A stretch of 64,000 nucleotides of DNA from an uncultured Desulfosarcina sp. (GCA_963674945.2 CAXXWQ010000004.1:1408001-1472000), one strand, 5' to 3'; shown: positions 1 through 10,791, counted from the first letter of the stretch. Translations and numbers: made by a program. The notes: generated from the sequence alone by a model not told the origin.

Positions 1-45
1 GCGCAGTCGTGCAACCCTTACCATTATCGATGCAATCAATTCCCC

Positions 46-996
46 TTGCATCCCATGACAACATTCCGATATCGAAAAAACGTTTCACCGGTTCTATGGT
101 TGTGGTGCCCGGTGCTGGTCCTGCTGATGGGTGTGATTTTTTCCGCAATCATCGCCAGGGCCGAGAAACAAAAGGAAATGGAGAGGGAGATCTCCGTTTC
201 CGCGACGTTCACCAACCTTGCCGAAGATCTCCTGTTGATCGACGCGGGCAGCCATTCGGTCACATTACGATTTTCAGGACCACCTGCTACGCTGAATAAA
301 ATCGATCCGGGCCAGTTCGCCTGCACGGTGGATCTGTCGGGATTTGAAGCGGGTACCCATCGGGTGCCCATTGACCCCAATGAAATCGATCTCCCCAAGG
401 GTGTATCCGTAAAATCCCTGGTAACTTCCGAGTTGACGATCCGATTGGAAGCCGCATCCGAAAAAACCGTTGATGTGGTGGCCGCCCTGAAGGGGAAACC
501 GGCATCTGGGTATGCGGTGGCAAATGTCATCATTGTACCGGAACGCATCAAGATAAAAGGAACCAAAACGGTGCTGGATGGAATCGACACGGTAAAGACC
601 CGGATCGTCGACCTGGCCGATACTTCGGACGACTTCAAAAAGGAGGTCCCCTTACACCTTCCCGAAGCCATCGTCGTCGATCCACCGTTGGGAATCGTGG
701 TCGTTACGATCGAAGTGACGGAACGAATCGTCACCAGGGTCCTGGAAAATGTGCCCGTATCGGGTAAAGGATGCACTACGGGATTTCGAATCGCGCCGGC
801 GGACATCAACTTAACCGTTCGCGGCCCCGAATTGATCGTCCAAGCGATCGAATCCAATCCGGATTTTTCCGTTACCATCGATCTGGCCGGCTTGCCGGCA
901 GGGTCGCACATGCTCAGTGCCACCATCCGGTTGCCGATCCGGACGACCCTTGTGGACGTTCATCCGGATCATTTCTCGGTAACCATTGAAAAATAG
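46..996 (+). CDS. YbbR/CdaR-like protein
   Basis: 316-aa ORF with N-terminal TM helix and repeated beta-rich YbbR-like domains; start uncertain. Confidence 0.75.
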   Translation: MHPMTTFRYRKNVSPVLWLWCPVLVLLMGVIFSAIIARAEKQKEMEREISVSATFTNLAEDLLLIDAGSHSVTLRFSGPPATLNKIDPGQFACTVDLSGFEAGTHRVPIDPNEIDLPKGVSVKSLVTSELTIRLEAASEKTVDVVAALKGKPASGYAVANVIIVPERIKIKGTKTVLDGIDTVKTRIVDLADTSDDFKKEVPLHLPEAIVVDPPLGIVVVTIEVTERIVTRVLENVPVSGKGCTTGFRIAPADINLTVRGPELIVQAIESNPDFSVTIDLAGLPAGSHMLSATIRLPIRTTLVDVHPDHFSVTIEK

Positions 997-1010
997 TTGA
1001 GGGAACCACC

Positions 1011-1784
1011 ATGCTGCTTGTCATCGATGTAGGAAACACCAACACGGTAATGGGTATCTACGATGGAAAAAAACTGATCCAGGACTGGAGGATTCGAACG
1101 GAACGAAATCGAACGGAAGATGAGTTTAACGTTATCGCGGCAAGCCTTTTCGCCAATGGCGGTGTCGAGGCCGGTGCCATCAAGAAAACGATCATCTCCT
1201 GTGTCGTTCCCCCCATTGTCACGATTCTGGACGCTTTCTGTCGGAAATACCTGGGGAACGTGCCCCATTGGGTGAACGCGCGTTCCTATAAGCGGATGCC
1301 GATTTTGATGAACAACCCCCAAGAAGTGGGCGCAGACCGCATCGTCAATTCCGTTGCCGCTTACCATAAATACCGAAAGAGCCTCATCGTTATCGATTTC
1401 GGCACGGCCACCACCTTCGACCTCATATCGCAAAAGGGAGAGTATTTGGGTGGCGTCATCAGTCCCGGTATCATGATCGCTTCGGAGGCGCTTTTTCGGG
1501 AGGCATCCAAGCTGCCCCGGGTGGAAATATTCGAAACACCGCGAAACGTTGTGGGAAAGGATACCGCCGAAGCAATCAAATCCGGAATCATTTTCGGATA
1601 TGCCGGATTGGTGGACGGTATCGTACAGCGCTTGAAGCGGGAGGTAAGCCCTTCTCCGACGGTGTTGGCAACCGGCGGTCTGGCGCCGTTGATGGCCAAT
1701 GTCGCCCGCAGTATCGAAAAGGTGGAATCCGATCTTACCTTAGAAGGACTGAGACTGATCAGTGAAGAGTTGACGGCTTCGTAA
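1011..1784 (+). CDS. coaX: type III pantothenate kinase
   Basis: LVIDVGNTN, VGADR, DFGTATT, GGVISPG and ATGG motifs. Confidence 0.95.
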   Translation: MLLVIDVGNTNTVMGIYDGKKLIQDWRIRTERNRTEDEFNVIAASLFANGGVEAGAIKKTIISCVVPPIVTILDAFCRKYLGNVPHWVNARSYKRMPILMNNPQEVGADRIVNSVAAYHKYRKSLIVIDFGTATTFDLISQKGEYLGGVISPGIMIASEALFREASKLPRVEIFETPRNVVGKDTAEAIKSGIIFGYAGLVDGIVQRLKREVSPSPTVLATGGLAPLMANVARSIEKVESDLTLEGLRLISEELTAS

Positions 1785-1830
1785 AAAGCTTTTCCAGGCC
1801 AAAGATGGCGAAAAAGTGTTACGAAAAAAC
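1771..1830. repeat. dispersed repeat end (TGACGGCTTCGTAAAAAG family)
   Basis: 1771-1788 matches 63111-63128 (1 mismatch); 1781-1830 resembles 23580-23630. Confidence 0.6.
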
Positions 1831-1932
1831 TCATTCTTCCACTATGTTGCCGACGGGCTAAAATGGGAAAAGCTTTTTCTGAGAAGTTTACTTTGATTCG
1901 TATTGATGAACGAATTCCTTAGAAGCCCGAGA

Positions 1933-2091
1933 TCACATCCCCATCTGTCGCTCTAGTTTTTTGATCTCTCTGGCGATTCGCTTTCTCTCCGATTCGGTTA
2001 GTTCCGGATCCTGAAGCTTTCGCACCAATCCGAGCAAAATCATCTCCTGGCGGTATTCACTGCAGTTGACAGGCTTTTTCCGAGGGTTCAT
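1933..2091 (-). CDS. small hypothetical coiled-coil protein
   Basis: MNPRKKPVNCSEYRQEMILLGL...ERQMGM, co-directional with upstream genes; alternative start 2043. Confidence 0.5.
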   Translation of the reverse strand: MNPRKKPVNCSEYRQEMILLGLVRKLQDPELTESERKRIAREIKKLERQMGM

Positions 2092-2161
2092 CGTTGCCGT
2101 TGCACCAATTTTCGAAAATTGGATAGGATCCTTTGGGGACCGGGTGGAACGGCTTTTTTTA

Positions 2162-2818
2162 TCACACCATCGACTCTTTGTACACATGATAAAAAATGCC
2201 GAAATCGGCCATACCTCTTCGCAGGATTTTATCGAAGTCTACAATATTGTCCACGTTGACCACCATGTTCACGCTTTTTTGAAACGCCTTCATGTGGTCC
2301 ATCGTTCGAAATCGCTTGGTGATCATGGTAACGAAAATGTTGCGGCGGATGGCCATGTTGAGACGCTCCAAGTAAATCAGGACACCGTTGGCTTCCGGGT
2401 CTTTGGTATCGAAATATTCGTTGACGATGATGAGGTCGTAGTCGTGATACCGCATCGTCTTGAGTGCATCCCGGCTGTTGTTGACCTCCGTGACATGGTA
2501 TTCGAGAACGTTCATTACCGGCAGGATGTTTTTCTTTATGATGGGATCGGATTCACAAAGCAGCATGCTTTTCCCTTCCTCCTCTACGAAATCGAAGGGT
2601 TTGTCACTGGCATCCTCTCCGTTTGCGTCATCCTCGTCGAAAGAAAAAAAATCATCCTCGAATTCCGGAGGATCTTCCGCGGCAACCTGTTCGGCCACCG
2701 GTGGCACACTGATTCGATTCTCACATCGTGGACATTTCACAAATGCCGTTTTGTTTTCTGGAAGTTTATCATCGGCAATTCTGAACTTACTCTTGCATTG
2801 TTCGCAGCTGATGTCCAT
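2162..2818 (-). CDS. zinc-ribbon (MJ0042-type) protein with receiver-like C-terminal domain
   Basis: N-terminal CEQC...CPRC, acidic linker, degenerate REC-like domain. Confidence 0.8.
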   Translation of the reverse strand: MDISCEQCKSKFRIADDKLPENKTAFVKCPRCENRISVPPVAEQVAAEDPPEFEDDFFSFDEDDANGEDASDKPFDFVEEEGKSMLLCESDPIIKKNILPVMNVLEYHVTEVNNSRDALKTMRYHDYDLIIVNEYFDTKDPEANGVLIYLERLNMAIRRNIFVTMITKRFRTMDHMKAFQKSVNMVVNVDNIVDFDKILRRGMADFGIFYHVYKESMV

Positions 2819-2867
2819 GGTCTTTCATCCGATCCTTTCCGTTTTGCGGGTGATCCGTCTTTTGCAA

Positions 2868-4031
2868 TCAGTTTTTATCGTACGAGCGGTCGATCTCCAG
2901 GTTGTCAATGTCGGTTGTGGACTCACCCCTTGCACTCTTCACCTTGTCGATACCACGGCCGGCAACCCCTTTGTGGGAGGCGTAGGCCATTGCCGTCTCC
3001 TGGGTTATCATTCCCTGCTCGTATAACCCGACAATGTAATCGTCGAAGGTAGTCATGCCGAAGGGACGCCCCGCTTCCATGATTTCGTAAAAGGTTTTCC
3101 CCTCGGACTCGCCGTTTAAAACGGCATCCTTGACCCGCAAATTGGTACCCAGAATCTCGAAAGCGGCCACCCGCCCACCGCCGATCTTGGGCAGTAACCG
3201 CTGGCCCACGATCCATCGCACCGTATCGGCCAGCCGGATGCGAATCTGCTTTTCCTCTTCGTTCTGAAACATTCCCAAAATTCGGTTGATGGTCTGGCCG
3301 GCATCCACCGTATGCAAGGTGGTCAGCACCAGATGACCTGTCTCGGCGGCATTCAGACCGATTTCAATGGTTTCCCGATCTCGCATCTCCCCCACCAAAA
3401 CGACTTTGGGTGCCTGGCGCAAGGCAGCACGCAGGCCATTGGAAAAACTGTCGAAATCGGTGCCCAGTTCTCGCTGATTAAAAGTCGCCTTCTTGTGGGG
3501 ATGCTGGTATTCGATGGGATCTTCCAGCGTGACCACGTGAACGGATCGTGCCTCGTTGATCTCTTCCAAGATGGCCGCAAGGGAGGTGGACTTGCCCGAT
3601 CCGGTCGCACCGGTTACGAAGACGATGCCGTTGAGTTCCTTTGCGATCTTGTAAAATGTGTCCGGCAGATTCAAGTCACGAATCGTGGGAATCTTGGACT
3701 CCAGTTTTCGCAGTACGATGGAGTAGTGACCCGTTTGGGAAAAGATATTCACACGAAACCGGGCCTTACCGGGAAGCGAATAGGAAAGATCGCATGACCC
3801 TGTATTAATTAGGGTTTCCGTGAGTCTTCGATCCTGCCCGATGAGGTTCAACGCAAACGTCTCGGTCTGAAATGGCGTCAACTCCTTGAGTTCCGGCTTG
3901 ATTTCCACCGGGACCAGTTCTCCGGAGCTTTCCACCTGAAGCGGTTTGCCCACGGTGAGGTTCAGGTCGGACACATTGCTATGGGAATCGAGCATCCGTG
4001 TCAGGATATGATCCACTTCCTGCTTTTTCAT
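2868..4031 (-). CDS. pilU: type IV pilus retraction ATPase, PilT/PilU family
   Basis: GATGSGKST, LEDPIE, AALRQAPKVVLVGEMRD; downstream of pilT. Confidence 0.85.
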   Translation of the reverse strand: MKKQEVDHILTRMLDSHSNVSDLNLTVGKPLQVESSGELVPVEIKPELKELTPFQTETFALNLIGQDRRLTETLINTGSCDLSYSLPGKARFRVNIFSQTGHYSIVLRKLESKIPTIRDLNLPDTFYKIAKELNGIVFVTGATGSGKSTSLAAILEEINEARSVHVVTLEDPIEYQHPHKKATFNQRELGTDFDSFSNGLRAALRQAPKVVLVGEMRDRETIEIGLNAAETGHLVLTTLHTVDAGQTINRILGMFQNEEEKQIRIRLADTVRWIVGQRLLPKIGGGRVAAFEILGTNLRVKDAVLNGESEGKTFYEIMEAGRPFGMTTFDDYIVGLYEQGMITQETAMAYASHKGVAGRGIDKVKSARGESTTDIDNLEIDRSYDKN

Positions 4032-4116
4032 GATGTACCTCTGTCAGTGCCCACAAGGATCGGCGTATTCGATCCGTTGGATGGAAAAGGTGAACGGAAA
4101 ACGTCCATCATACGCG

Positions 4117-5199
4117 CTAGGCCTCCGTGAAATCCGTGGGCGGAGATTTGAGCAGCGGCCGGAAACGCCCTTTTTCATTGGCTTTGGTGTAGGCGTCATC
4201 GGCACTGATTCTCCCTTTGTTGTAAAGCTCCATAATGGCGTCATCCAAAAGCTGCATGCCATATTTTTTACCAGTCTGCATCATGGAGGGAAGTTGATGG
4301 GATTTGGACTCGCGGATAAGATTTCGAACGGCCGGTGTGGCAATGAGTATCTCCATGGCCGGGGCACGCCCTTTCTGGTCGACCCGTTTGAAGAGGGTCT
4401 GTGAAATGATCGCCCGGATGCCGTCGGCCAGGGTCGAACGAATCTGTGCCTGTTCTTGGGCCGGAAAAACCTCCACGATACGATCCACGGTCTTGGGGGC
4501 ACTGGTGGTGTGCAGGGTTCCGAAAACCAGATGGCCGGTAGCGCTCGCCTCGATGGCCAGGGAAATGGTCTCCAGATCCCGCATTTCGCCCACGAGGATA
4601 ATGTCCGGGTCCTCGCGCAACGCCCCTCGCAACGCAGCACTAAAGGATTTGGTATGCAGCCCCACCTCCCGGTGGTTTACCAGGCACCCACGACTCTTGT
4701 GCACGAATTCGATTGGATCCTCGATGGTAATGATATGATCGCTTCGGGACCGGTTGGCGACATCGATGATGGCGGCCAATGTTGTCGATTTCCCCGAACC
4801 GGTGGGGCCGGTAACGATCACAAGCCCCCGCGGCAATGAAGCCAGTTTGGAAATCACCGGTGGTAAGCCGAGTTGTTCGGCGGTCAGAATCGTGCTGGGG
4901 ATTTCCCGGAATACGGCACCGATCCCGTTTTTTTGCATGAAATAGTTGGCTCGGTATCGGGCAAGTCCGGGAATCTCATATCCGAAATCCACGTCTCCGG
5001 TCTCTTCAAACAACTTTACCTTGTCTTCCGGCGTAATTTCATAGAGCATCTTTCTAAGATCGTCGTTGTCCAACACCTTGTACTTGACGCGCTCGATATC
5101 TCCGTGAATGCGCAAGGCGGGGGGCTGGCCGGACAAGAGATGAAGGTCGGATGCGCTTTGTTCGTGCATGAGCTTAAAAAAAGCATCTATTCTGGCCAT
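4117..5199 (-). CDS. pilT: type IV pilus retraction ATPase PilT
   Basis: GPTGSGKST, ALREDPDIILVGEMRD, AVRNLIRE; ATG 5199 after aggag. Confidence 0.93.
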   Translation of the reverse strand: MARIDAFFKLMHEQSASDLHLLSGQPPALRIHGDIERVKYKVLDNDDLRKMLYEITPEDKVKLFEETGDVDFGYEIPGLARYRANYFMQKNGIGAVFREIPSTILTAEQLGLPPVISKLASLPRGLVIVTGPTGSGKSTTLAAIIDVANRSRSDHIITIEDPIEFVHKSRGCLVNHREVGLHTKSFSAALRGALREDPDIILVGEMRDLETISLAIEASATGHLVFGTLHTTSAPKTVDRIVEVFPAQEQAQIRSTLADGIRAIISQTLFKRVDQKGRAPAMEILIATPAVRNLIRESKSHQLPSMMQTGKKYGMQLLDDAIMELYNKGRISADDAYTKANEKGRFRPLLKSPPTDFTEA

Positions 5200-5340
5200 A
5201 AACGTCTCCTGAGTATGGATAAATGCCGTGCCCTTCCGGCCCATGGGCAATACGCCACCAGGAGGACAGGAAGAGACAACGGTGCGTCCCTTATTTGTCA
5301 CAAATTATCGTGCGATGTATTGTAAAACTTTAGGATTTAC

Positions 5341-5838
5341 TTAGTGGTTGAGGACTTTGATTTTGGTATCTTCGGTGGTAACGTCCGCCAGGTCTTCCTT
5401 TCCGATCTCCAGGAGTTTGGCGTGTGCATCGATGATCGCACGAATCTGGACTTCGATTTGGATACGCTGGCGTTTGAGTTCAGTGATATCTTCGTGGAGT
5501 TGGGATAGGCGGGAGTGGGCCCGGTTAAGGATCTTTTCGGCCTTGACCTCTGCATCGGCGATGATAATCTCCGCCGATTTGCGGGCATTGTCTTTCATCT
5601 GTTCCAGGAGTTTCTGGGAGTTGATCATGGCTCTCTTGAAGGTCTCTTCCCTCTCTTTGAAGCCCTGTTTTTCCAGTTCCATGCGGCGAAGTTTTTCTTC
5701 CTGTTGGTTCACGGTCTCCTGGAGGGCGGAAACGGATTTGGCGATCTGTTCCAGAAATTGATCCACTTCGCGAATATCAAACCCTCGGAATCGGACCTTA
5801 AACTGTTGCTGCTGAATGTCCAGGGGCGTTAGTTTCAT
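5341..5838 (-). CDS. divIVA: DivIVA domain protein
   Basis: MKLTPLDIQQQQFKVRFRGFDIREVDQFL plus coiled coil. Confidence 0.9.
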   Translation of the reverse strand: MKLTPLDIQQQQFKVRFRGFDIREVDQFLEQIAKSVSALQETVNQQEEKLRRMELEKQGFKEREETFKRAMINSQKLLEQMKDNARKSAEIIIADAEVKAEKILNRAHSRLSQLHEDITELKRQRIQIEVQIRAIIDAHAKLLEIGKEDLADVTTEDTKIKVLNH

Positions 5839-5862
5839 GGTACGTTCCTGTCTTTGTGGTAA

Positions 5863-6162
5863 TCAGATAAGCGAAGAAGCCATTCGCAAAAGGCTGTTCA
5901 CGACAAAAGTACGCAAAAAGATGATGGCGAGAAAGACCACGATGGGTGAAAAGTCGATACCGCCATAGTTAATGGGCAGTCTGGATCGAATCGGGTAGAG
6001 CACCGGTTCGGTAACGTTGTGGATAAATCGTACAATGGCGTTGTAAGGATCCGGATTGACCCAGGAAAGAATGGCGCGAAAGATGACGACCCACATAAAA
6101 AAAAGCAGCAACACATCCATAACCTTGGCCGCAGCCATCAAAAAATAGCCGATGATATACAT
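5863..6162 (-). CDS. yggT: YggT family membrane protein
   Basis: ILSWVNPDPYN...TEPVLYPIR...GGIDFSP. Confidence 0.9.
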   Translation of the reverse strand: MYIIGYFLMAAAKVMDVLLLFFMWVVIFRAILSWVNPDPYNAIVRFIHNVTEPVLYPIRSRLPINYGGIDFSPIVVFLAIIFLRTFVVNSLLRMASSLI

Positions 6163-6545
6163 AAACAATCCTTGTCCATAAGGGTTGGTTCCGGGGGCAA
6201 CAAAGGGCGGTGGTTCCCATAATCTTGGAAAAAATATGATCTTTCTCTCACATAAGTCAAGATTTTTCATGGGTTGAGGCAGGAGCAGCGCATGGGAAAC
6301 AATGAGTTGAAATCGCGGGAAAGTCGGATAAATGCAAATTCGGTTGCCTTTCGGGTTGGGAAGAACGATGGGAAGAAGCCCGCCACTTCATGCCACTGCA
6401 CCGAACTCATGGGAATGTGGATGGTTTTCGCGCCGTCGGGAACTACCGTGGATTCGATGTTTTCCCTTGACACGGCAAAGGAGAACCGCGTAGGGGAAAT
6501 TCCTATCACCATAGACCATCAACGATGCATCGTGCAAGGAGAAGG

Positions 6546-7403
6546 ATGTTAATGTTAAAAAGCAAGAAAATCGGCATGATCGGAACTGGAAACATGGGGA
6601 TTGCCCTGATTGATGGAATGATCCGCTCCGGAGTGGCCCAGGCCGCCAATATCATCTGTAGCGATACAAGCCAGGAACAACTTTCAAAAATAAAGGAAAA
6701 ATACCCCGTTCAAACGACGACCAGCAATATCGAAGTGATTCAGGTATCGGAAGTCGTCATCTATGCCATCAAACCCCAGATCATGGCCGGCGTACTCAAG
6801 GAAACAGCCGAATATCTGGACATGAGCAAGTTGATCATCTCCATCGCCGCAGGTGTCCCACTGGCGGCAATCGAATCCCTTCTGCAAAAGGATCTTCGGC
6901 TGATTCGGGTTATGCCCAACGTAGCCGTCGCCGTAAGAGAAGGTGCCACGGCCATCGCCGCCGGTGAACATGCCGGCGAAGAAGATGTGAATCTCGCCAT
7001 GACCATTTTCGATTCCGTAGGAAAATCAATTTTTGTCAAAGAAAATTCCCTGGATGCCATCACGGGACTGAGTGGCAGTGGTCCGGCCTATATTTTCACG
7101 ATCGCGGATGCCCTGGCCGATGCGGGTGTAAAAATGGGCCTGTACCGACAAGACGCTCTCACCCTTTCTTCCCAAACGATATTGGGTGCCGCCAAACTGC
7201 TTTTGGAAACCGGAATGCATCCAGGACAGCTAAGGGATTCGGTCACCTCGCCCGGCGGAACGACCATCATGGGTCTTCACGCCCTGGAGTCAGGGGGACT
7301 GCGTACAACGCTCATCAACGCCGTGGAGGCCGCCACCAACCGATCCAAGGAGCTTGGGGAGGCGATGATTAAAAATTTTGCACACGATCAAACCCAGCCC
7401 TGA
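6546..7403 (+). CDS. proC: pyrroline-5-carboxylate reductase
   Basis: IGTGNMG, RVMPN, GLSGSGPAY, VTSPGGTT. Confidence 0.95.
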   Translation: MLMLKSKKIGMIGTGNMGIALIDGMIRSGVAQAANIICSDTSQEQLSKIKEKYPVQTTTSNIEVIQVSEVVIYAIKPQIMAGVLKETAEYLDMSKLIISIAAGVPLAAIESLLQKDLRLIRVMPNVAVAVREGATAIAAGEHAGEEDVNLAMTIFDSVGKSIFVKENSLDAITGLSGSGPAYIFTIADALADAGVKMGLYRQDALTLSSQTILGAAKLLLETGMHPGQLRDSVTSPGGTTIMGLHALESGGLRTTLINAVEAATNRSKELGEAMIKNFAHDQTQP

Positions 7404-7423
7404 CCGATTACCGTAATTGGGGT

Positions 7424-7900
7424 ATGATGATGGGAAATGAATATCGGATGGGAGCGATGCCACCTCGGATAGCAAAACGACTCACGACCCTGGTCCGGAT
7501 CGGAATAGGATTGGTATTCGCCTATTCCAGCGTACCCAAAGCCCTCGATCCGCATGCTTTCGCGACGATCGTGACCAACTATCGTCTCCTTCCCCCGCAA
7601 CTGGTACTGATGACCGCGGTTATCCTCCCCTGGGTCGAAGCGGTTTGCGGATTCGCCCTGATCTTCGGCCGGTGGGAAAAAGGAGCGGCGCTCTTGGTGT
7701 GTCTGATGATGGCCGTTTTCTTATGCCTTACCTGGTATAATGCCTACCGCGGGCTAAACATCGCCTGCGGCTGTTTTTCATTGACCGCAAGCGAACCTTC
7801 CCATATCCTTCTGAACACCATCAGAAATCTTTTCATTTTGGCTGCTGGAACATGGGTTCTTCTTTTCCCGCAGGATGGAAAATACGACTCCATTTCATAA
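7424..7900 (+). CDS. MauE/DoxX family membrane protein
   Basis: four TM segments, LPWVE, RGLNIACGCF. Confidence 0.85.
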   Translation: MMMGNEYRMGAMPPRIAKRLTTLVRIGIGLVFAYSSVPKALDPHAFATIVTNYRLLPPQLVLMTAVILPWVEAVCGFALIFGRWEKGAALLVCLMMAVFLCLTWYNAYRGLNIACGCFSLTASEPSHILLNTIRNLFILAAGTWVLLFPQDGKYDSIS

Positions 7901-7992
7901 GCCAAAGGGCGATATTGTAACCCAATTCGTTTTTTCGGCTCAGATCTCAAATAAAGAAAGATGTGTTGTCAGCAGTCTAACGAATTAAGGAA

Positions 7993-8706
7993 TTGCCACA
8001 AAATCACATGTTCACTGAATCCATATCATACCCAGCGGCGCTGATTGCCGGTTTGCTGTCTTTTTTTTCTCCATGCATATTGCCGCTGATTCCCGCCTAC
8101 TTCACCTTCATCACGGGCTTGTCCCTGGACGAACTGACCCACGCGCGTTCGGGACGCATGCGAAGGCGAATTGTACTTTCAACCGCGAGCTATGTCCTTG
8201 GATTCTCTCTTGTGTTTATACTCATGGGGGCGTCCGCATCCTACTTCGGCGGCACCATGTTCAAGTATCGGGAATGGATCCGGATCATCGGTGGCACGCT
8301 GATTATCATTCTCGGCATTCACATGACCGGATTGTTGCGTTTTAAATATTTAGAGTTCGAACACCGGTTTCATGTCCGGAAAAAGCCCCTGCATTTCATG
8401 GGCACATTTTTGGTAGGCATGGCCTTCGGAGCGGGTTGGAGCCCTTGTATCGGCCCGTTGCTGGGTTCCATTCTCATCGTGGCGGGTAACCAGGAGACGG
8501 TCACACATGGTATGATATTGCTTTCCATCTACGCGGCGGGCCTGGCCATTCCCTTTCTAATCCTTTCCATCTTCGTCGACTCTCTGCTGGTGTTCATAAG
8601 AAAGGCCTCTTGGTCGATTCGCTACATCAATATCACGGCCGGCGTGCTGTTGCTTATTGTCGGCGTCTTATTGGTTACGGATAAATTGATGGTTCTAAGC
8701 ACATAG
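7993..8706 (+). CDS. ccdA: cytochrome c biogenesis protein CcdA
   Basis: SFFSPCILPLIP and GWSPCIGP; start may be ATG 8008. Confidence 0.92.
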   Translation: MPQNHMFTESISYPAALIAGLLSFFSPCILPLIPAYFTFITGLSLDELTHARSGRMRRRIVLSTASYVLGFSLVFILMGASASYFGGTMFKYREWIRIIGGTLIIILGIHMTGLLRFKYLEFEHRFHVRKKPLHFMGTFLVGMAFGAGWSPCIGPLLGSILIVAGNQETVTHGMILLSIYAAGLAIPFLILSIFVDSLLVFIRKASWSIRYINITAGVLLLIVGVLLVTDKLMVLST

Positions 8707-8717
8707 GAAATAGGCAA

Positions 8718-9197
8718 ATGATGAAAAAATGGATATTGACGACCTTATCCCTTGCACTGATCCTTGTCTTCACCGACAAGCGTGACCAACTGTTCGCCTC
8801 CCAGGCCACCGGCGATGGCATTCAATGGTTATCCTACGAAGAAGGCCGGATGCAGGGAGAGGCGCAACACAAAAAAGTCTTTTTGGTATTTCTCGCCGAT
8901 TGGTGTCAGTATTGCCACAAAATGAACAAGGAAACGTTTCAGGACCCAACGGTAATCGCCTATGTAAACCAAAACTTCATACCCATTAGCGTCGACCTGG
9001 ACAAAGAGCAAGATATTGGAAACAAATACCAGGTCCGAGGCTTGCCCACCACGTTTTTCTTGTCCGAAAAGGGGCAACGAATCGCAAACCGACCGGGTTT
9101 CATCTCATCCGATGACATGTTGAACCTGCTCAAGTACTACGATACGGACAGCTACCAATCCATGAGCTATACCGATTTTTTAAAAAAGAAAAAGTGA
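8718..9197 (+). CDS. exported thioredoxin-family protein
   Basis: signal peptide, WCQYC, GLPTTFF; follows ccdA. Confidence 0.85.
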   Translation: MMKKWILTTLSLALILVFTDKRDQLFASQATGDGIQWLSYEEGRMQGEAQHKKVFLVFLADWCQYCHKMNKETFQDPTVIAYVNQNFIPISVDLDKEQDIGNKYQVRGLPTTFFLSEKGQRIANRPGFISSDDMLNLLKYYDTDSYQSMSYTDFLKKKK

Positions 9198-9202
9198 ATG
9201 GA

Positions 9203-9463
9203 TCAGTATGATCCATTGCCACCTCTTCTGGTCATGCGAATGGAGGTGGAAATGGTGATCGCCAGGGAGAGGAGGGCCAGAAGGCCTGGAACCCAGACAT
9301 AGGGAAGGTAGCGGGGTGTCTCGAAAGCTGCGACGATGCCGTATATGCTAAATGAAAACACACAAGCGGCAAACACCAGGGTTACCACCATCACCGGTTC
9401 CGTATCGTACCACGGAATGAAGGCTTTTCGAAAAAGCAACTCGTTTTTGGTTTTCACTTTCAC
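9203..9463 (-). CDS. small two-TM membrane protein
   Basis: 86 aa with two hydrophobic segments; ggag upstream of GTG. Confidence 0.6.
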   Translation of the reverse strand: MKVKTKNELLFRKAFIPWYDTEPVMVVTLVFAACVFSFSIYGIVAAFETPRYLPYVWVPGLLALLSLAITISTSIRMTRRGGNGSY

Positions 9464-9487
9464 TCGTATCTCCGGAGTTCACGCCAT

Positions 9488-10435
9488 ATGATTTCGTTTG
9501 TCAACGATCGATCCGGCTTCACCACGCCCATGTCGATTTTTTATCTGATCGCCATTGTTATCCTTTTCCTCATTTCGAGTCTGATGGGATGCATGATGCC
9601 GCAAAAAGCGCTGACAATCAAGGAGAATGAAATGCAATTGACGGAAGATGCCATTTACCGGTCGGACACCGCTTCCGTCGTACCCCGCGAGGAAATGTTT
9701 CATGACCTGGCCCAATTCCGAATCATCTATGTGGGCGAGCAGCACACCAACCCCTCCCACCATGCCAATCAACTGGCGGTGATCAAAGCCATTTTCGAAA
9801 ATGACCCGAAGCTGACCATCGGTATGGAAATGTTCGACCACACCTACCAGCAGGTTTTGGATCAATGGATTGCCGGTGGTTTGGATGAAACCGCTTTTCT
9901 GGAAAAAAGCCATTGGTATGCCAACTGGCGCTTCGATTTCGATCTGTACCGGGGAATATTGGAATATGCGAAGGAAAATCGAATTCGGATCGTGGCCCTC
10001 AACCTGCCATTTCACATCCCCGGGAAAATCAGTACCGGCGGCATCGCAAGCCTCCAAAAGGAGGATCGCCGGCATCTGCCGAAAACAGTGAACCTCGATG
10101 ATGCCGAGCATCGGGCCTATGTGGAAAAGATATTTTCCATGCACGCCCTTCCGGGACGGGAAAACTTCGAACATTTTTATGAGGCCCAATGCGTCTGGGA
10201 AGATGCCATGGCCGAGGCCGTGGCGGAGAACCTGAGTGCCGGGAAAATGGTGGTGATCATCGGAAACGGCCACATCATCCGAAAATTCGGCGTGCCCAAT
10301 CGCGTCTTTTCCCGCAACCACCTGCCTTTCAGGACCATCTATATGGAACCGGTGGGCAACGAGATCGACGCGGACGACGGCGACTACATCTGGGTCACCC
10401 CAAAGACACCCATGCCCCGAATGCCCATGCGGTAG
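9488..10435 (+). CDS. ChaN family lipoprotein
   Basis: LMGC lipobox-like, YVGEQH, IGMEMF, QCVWEDAMA, GNGH. Confidence 0.8.
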   Translation: MISFVNDRSGFTTPMSIFYLIAIVILFLISSLMGCMMPQKALTIKENEMQLTEDAIYRSDTASVVPREEMFHDLAQFRIIYVGEQHTNPSHHANQLAVIKAIFENDPKLTIGMEMFDHTYQQVLDQWIAGGLDETAFLEKSHWYANWRFDFDLYRGILEYAKENRIRIVALNLPFHIPGKISTGGIASLQKEDRRHLPKTVNLDDAEHRAYVEKIFSMHALPGRENFEHFYEAQCVWEDAMAEAVAENLSAGKMVVIIGNGHIIRKFGVPNRVFSRNHLPFRTIYMEPVGNEIDADDGDYIWVTPKTPMPRMPMR

Positions 10436-10483
10436 TTGTTTGACGGATTTCAGCAATCCCTCAGCCGATCCCAATGAAGTTTT

Positions 10484-10648
10484 TCCGTGTGCCCGGTCTT
10501 CGGCCTGCCCCCGGATGACGGCCGGCAGATCATCGACCGCCTCAAACAGACGTTTTTATCCCACTGGCAGTCGGTCTATGCCCGCTTCGGCGTATCAAAA
10601 AAAGACTTCCCCTTCCTGAAAAAAGCCCTCGTTACCCATCTGGTCTGA
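10484..10648 (+). pseudogene. start-less C-terminal fragment resembling a HipA-family toxin
   Basis: translates SVCPVFGLPPDDGRQIIDRLKQTFLSHWQSVYARFGVSKKDFPFLKKAL; in-frame stop just upstream, no start. Confidence 0.45.
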
Positions 10649-10791
10649 CACATGGATATCCGTCGTTTTCGGCATTGCTGGATTATTGCAGGATTATTGT
10701 AGTAATCCAAAGGACTTACTGTTGGCTGTGGGTTGCATAACAATACCAAATACCCATCGGGCGTTGGTAGTGATACACTCTAATAATTTGA

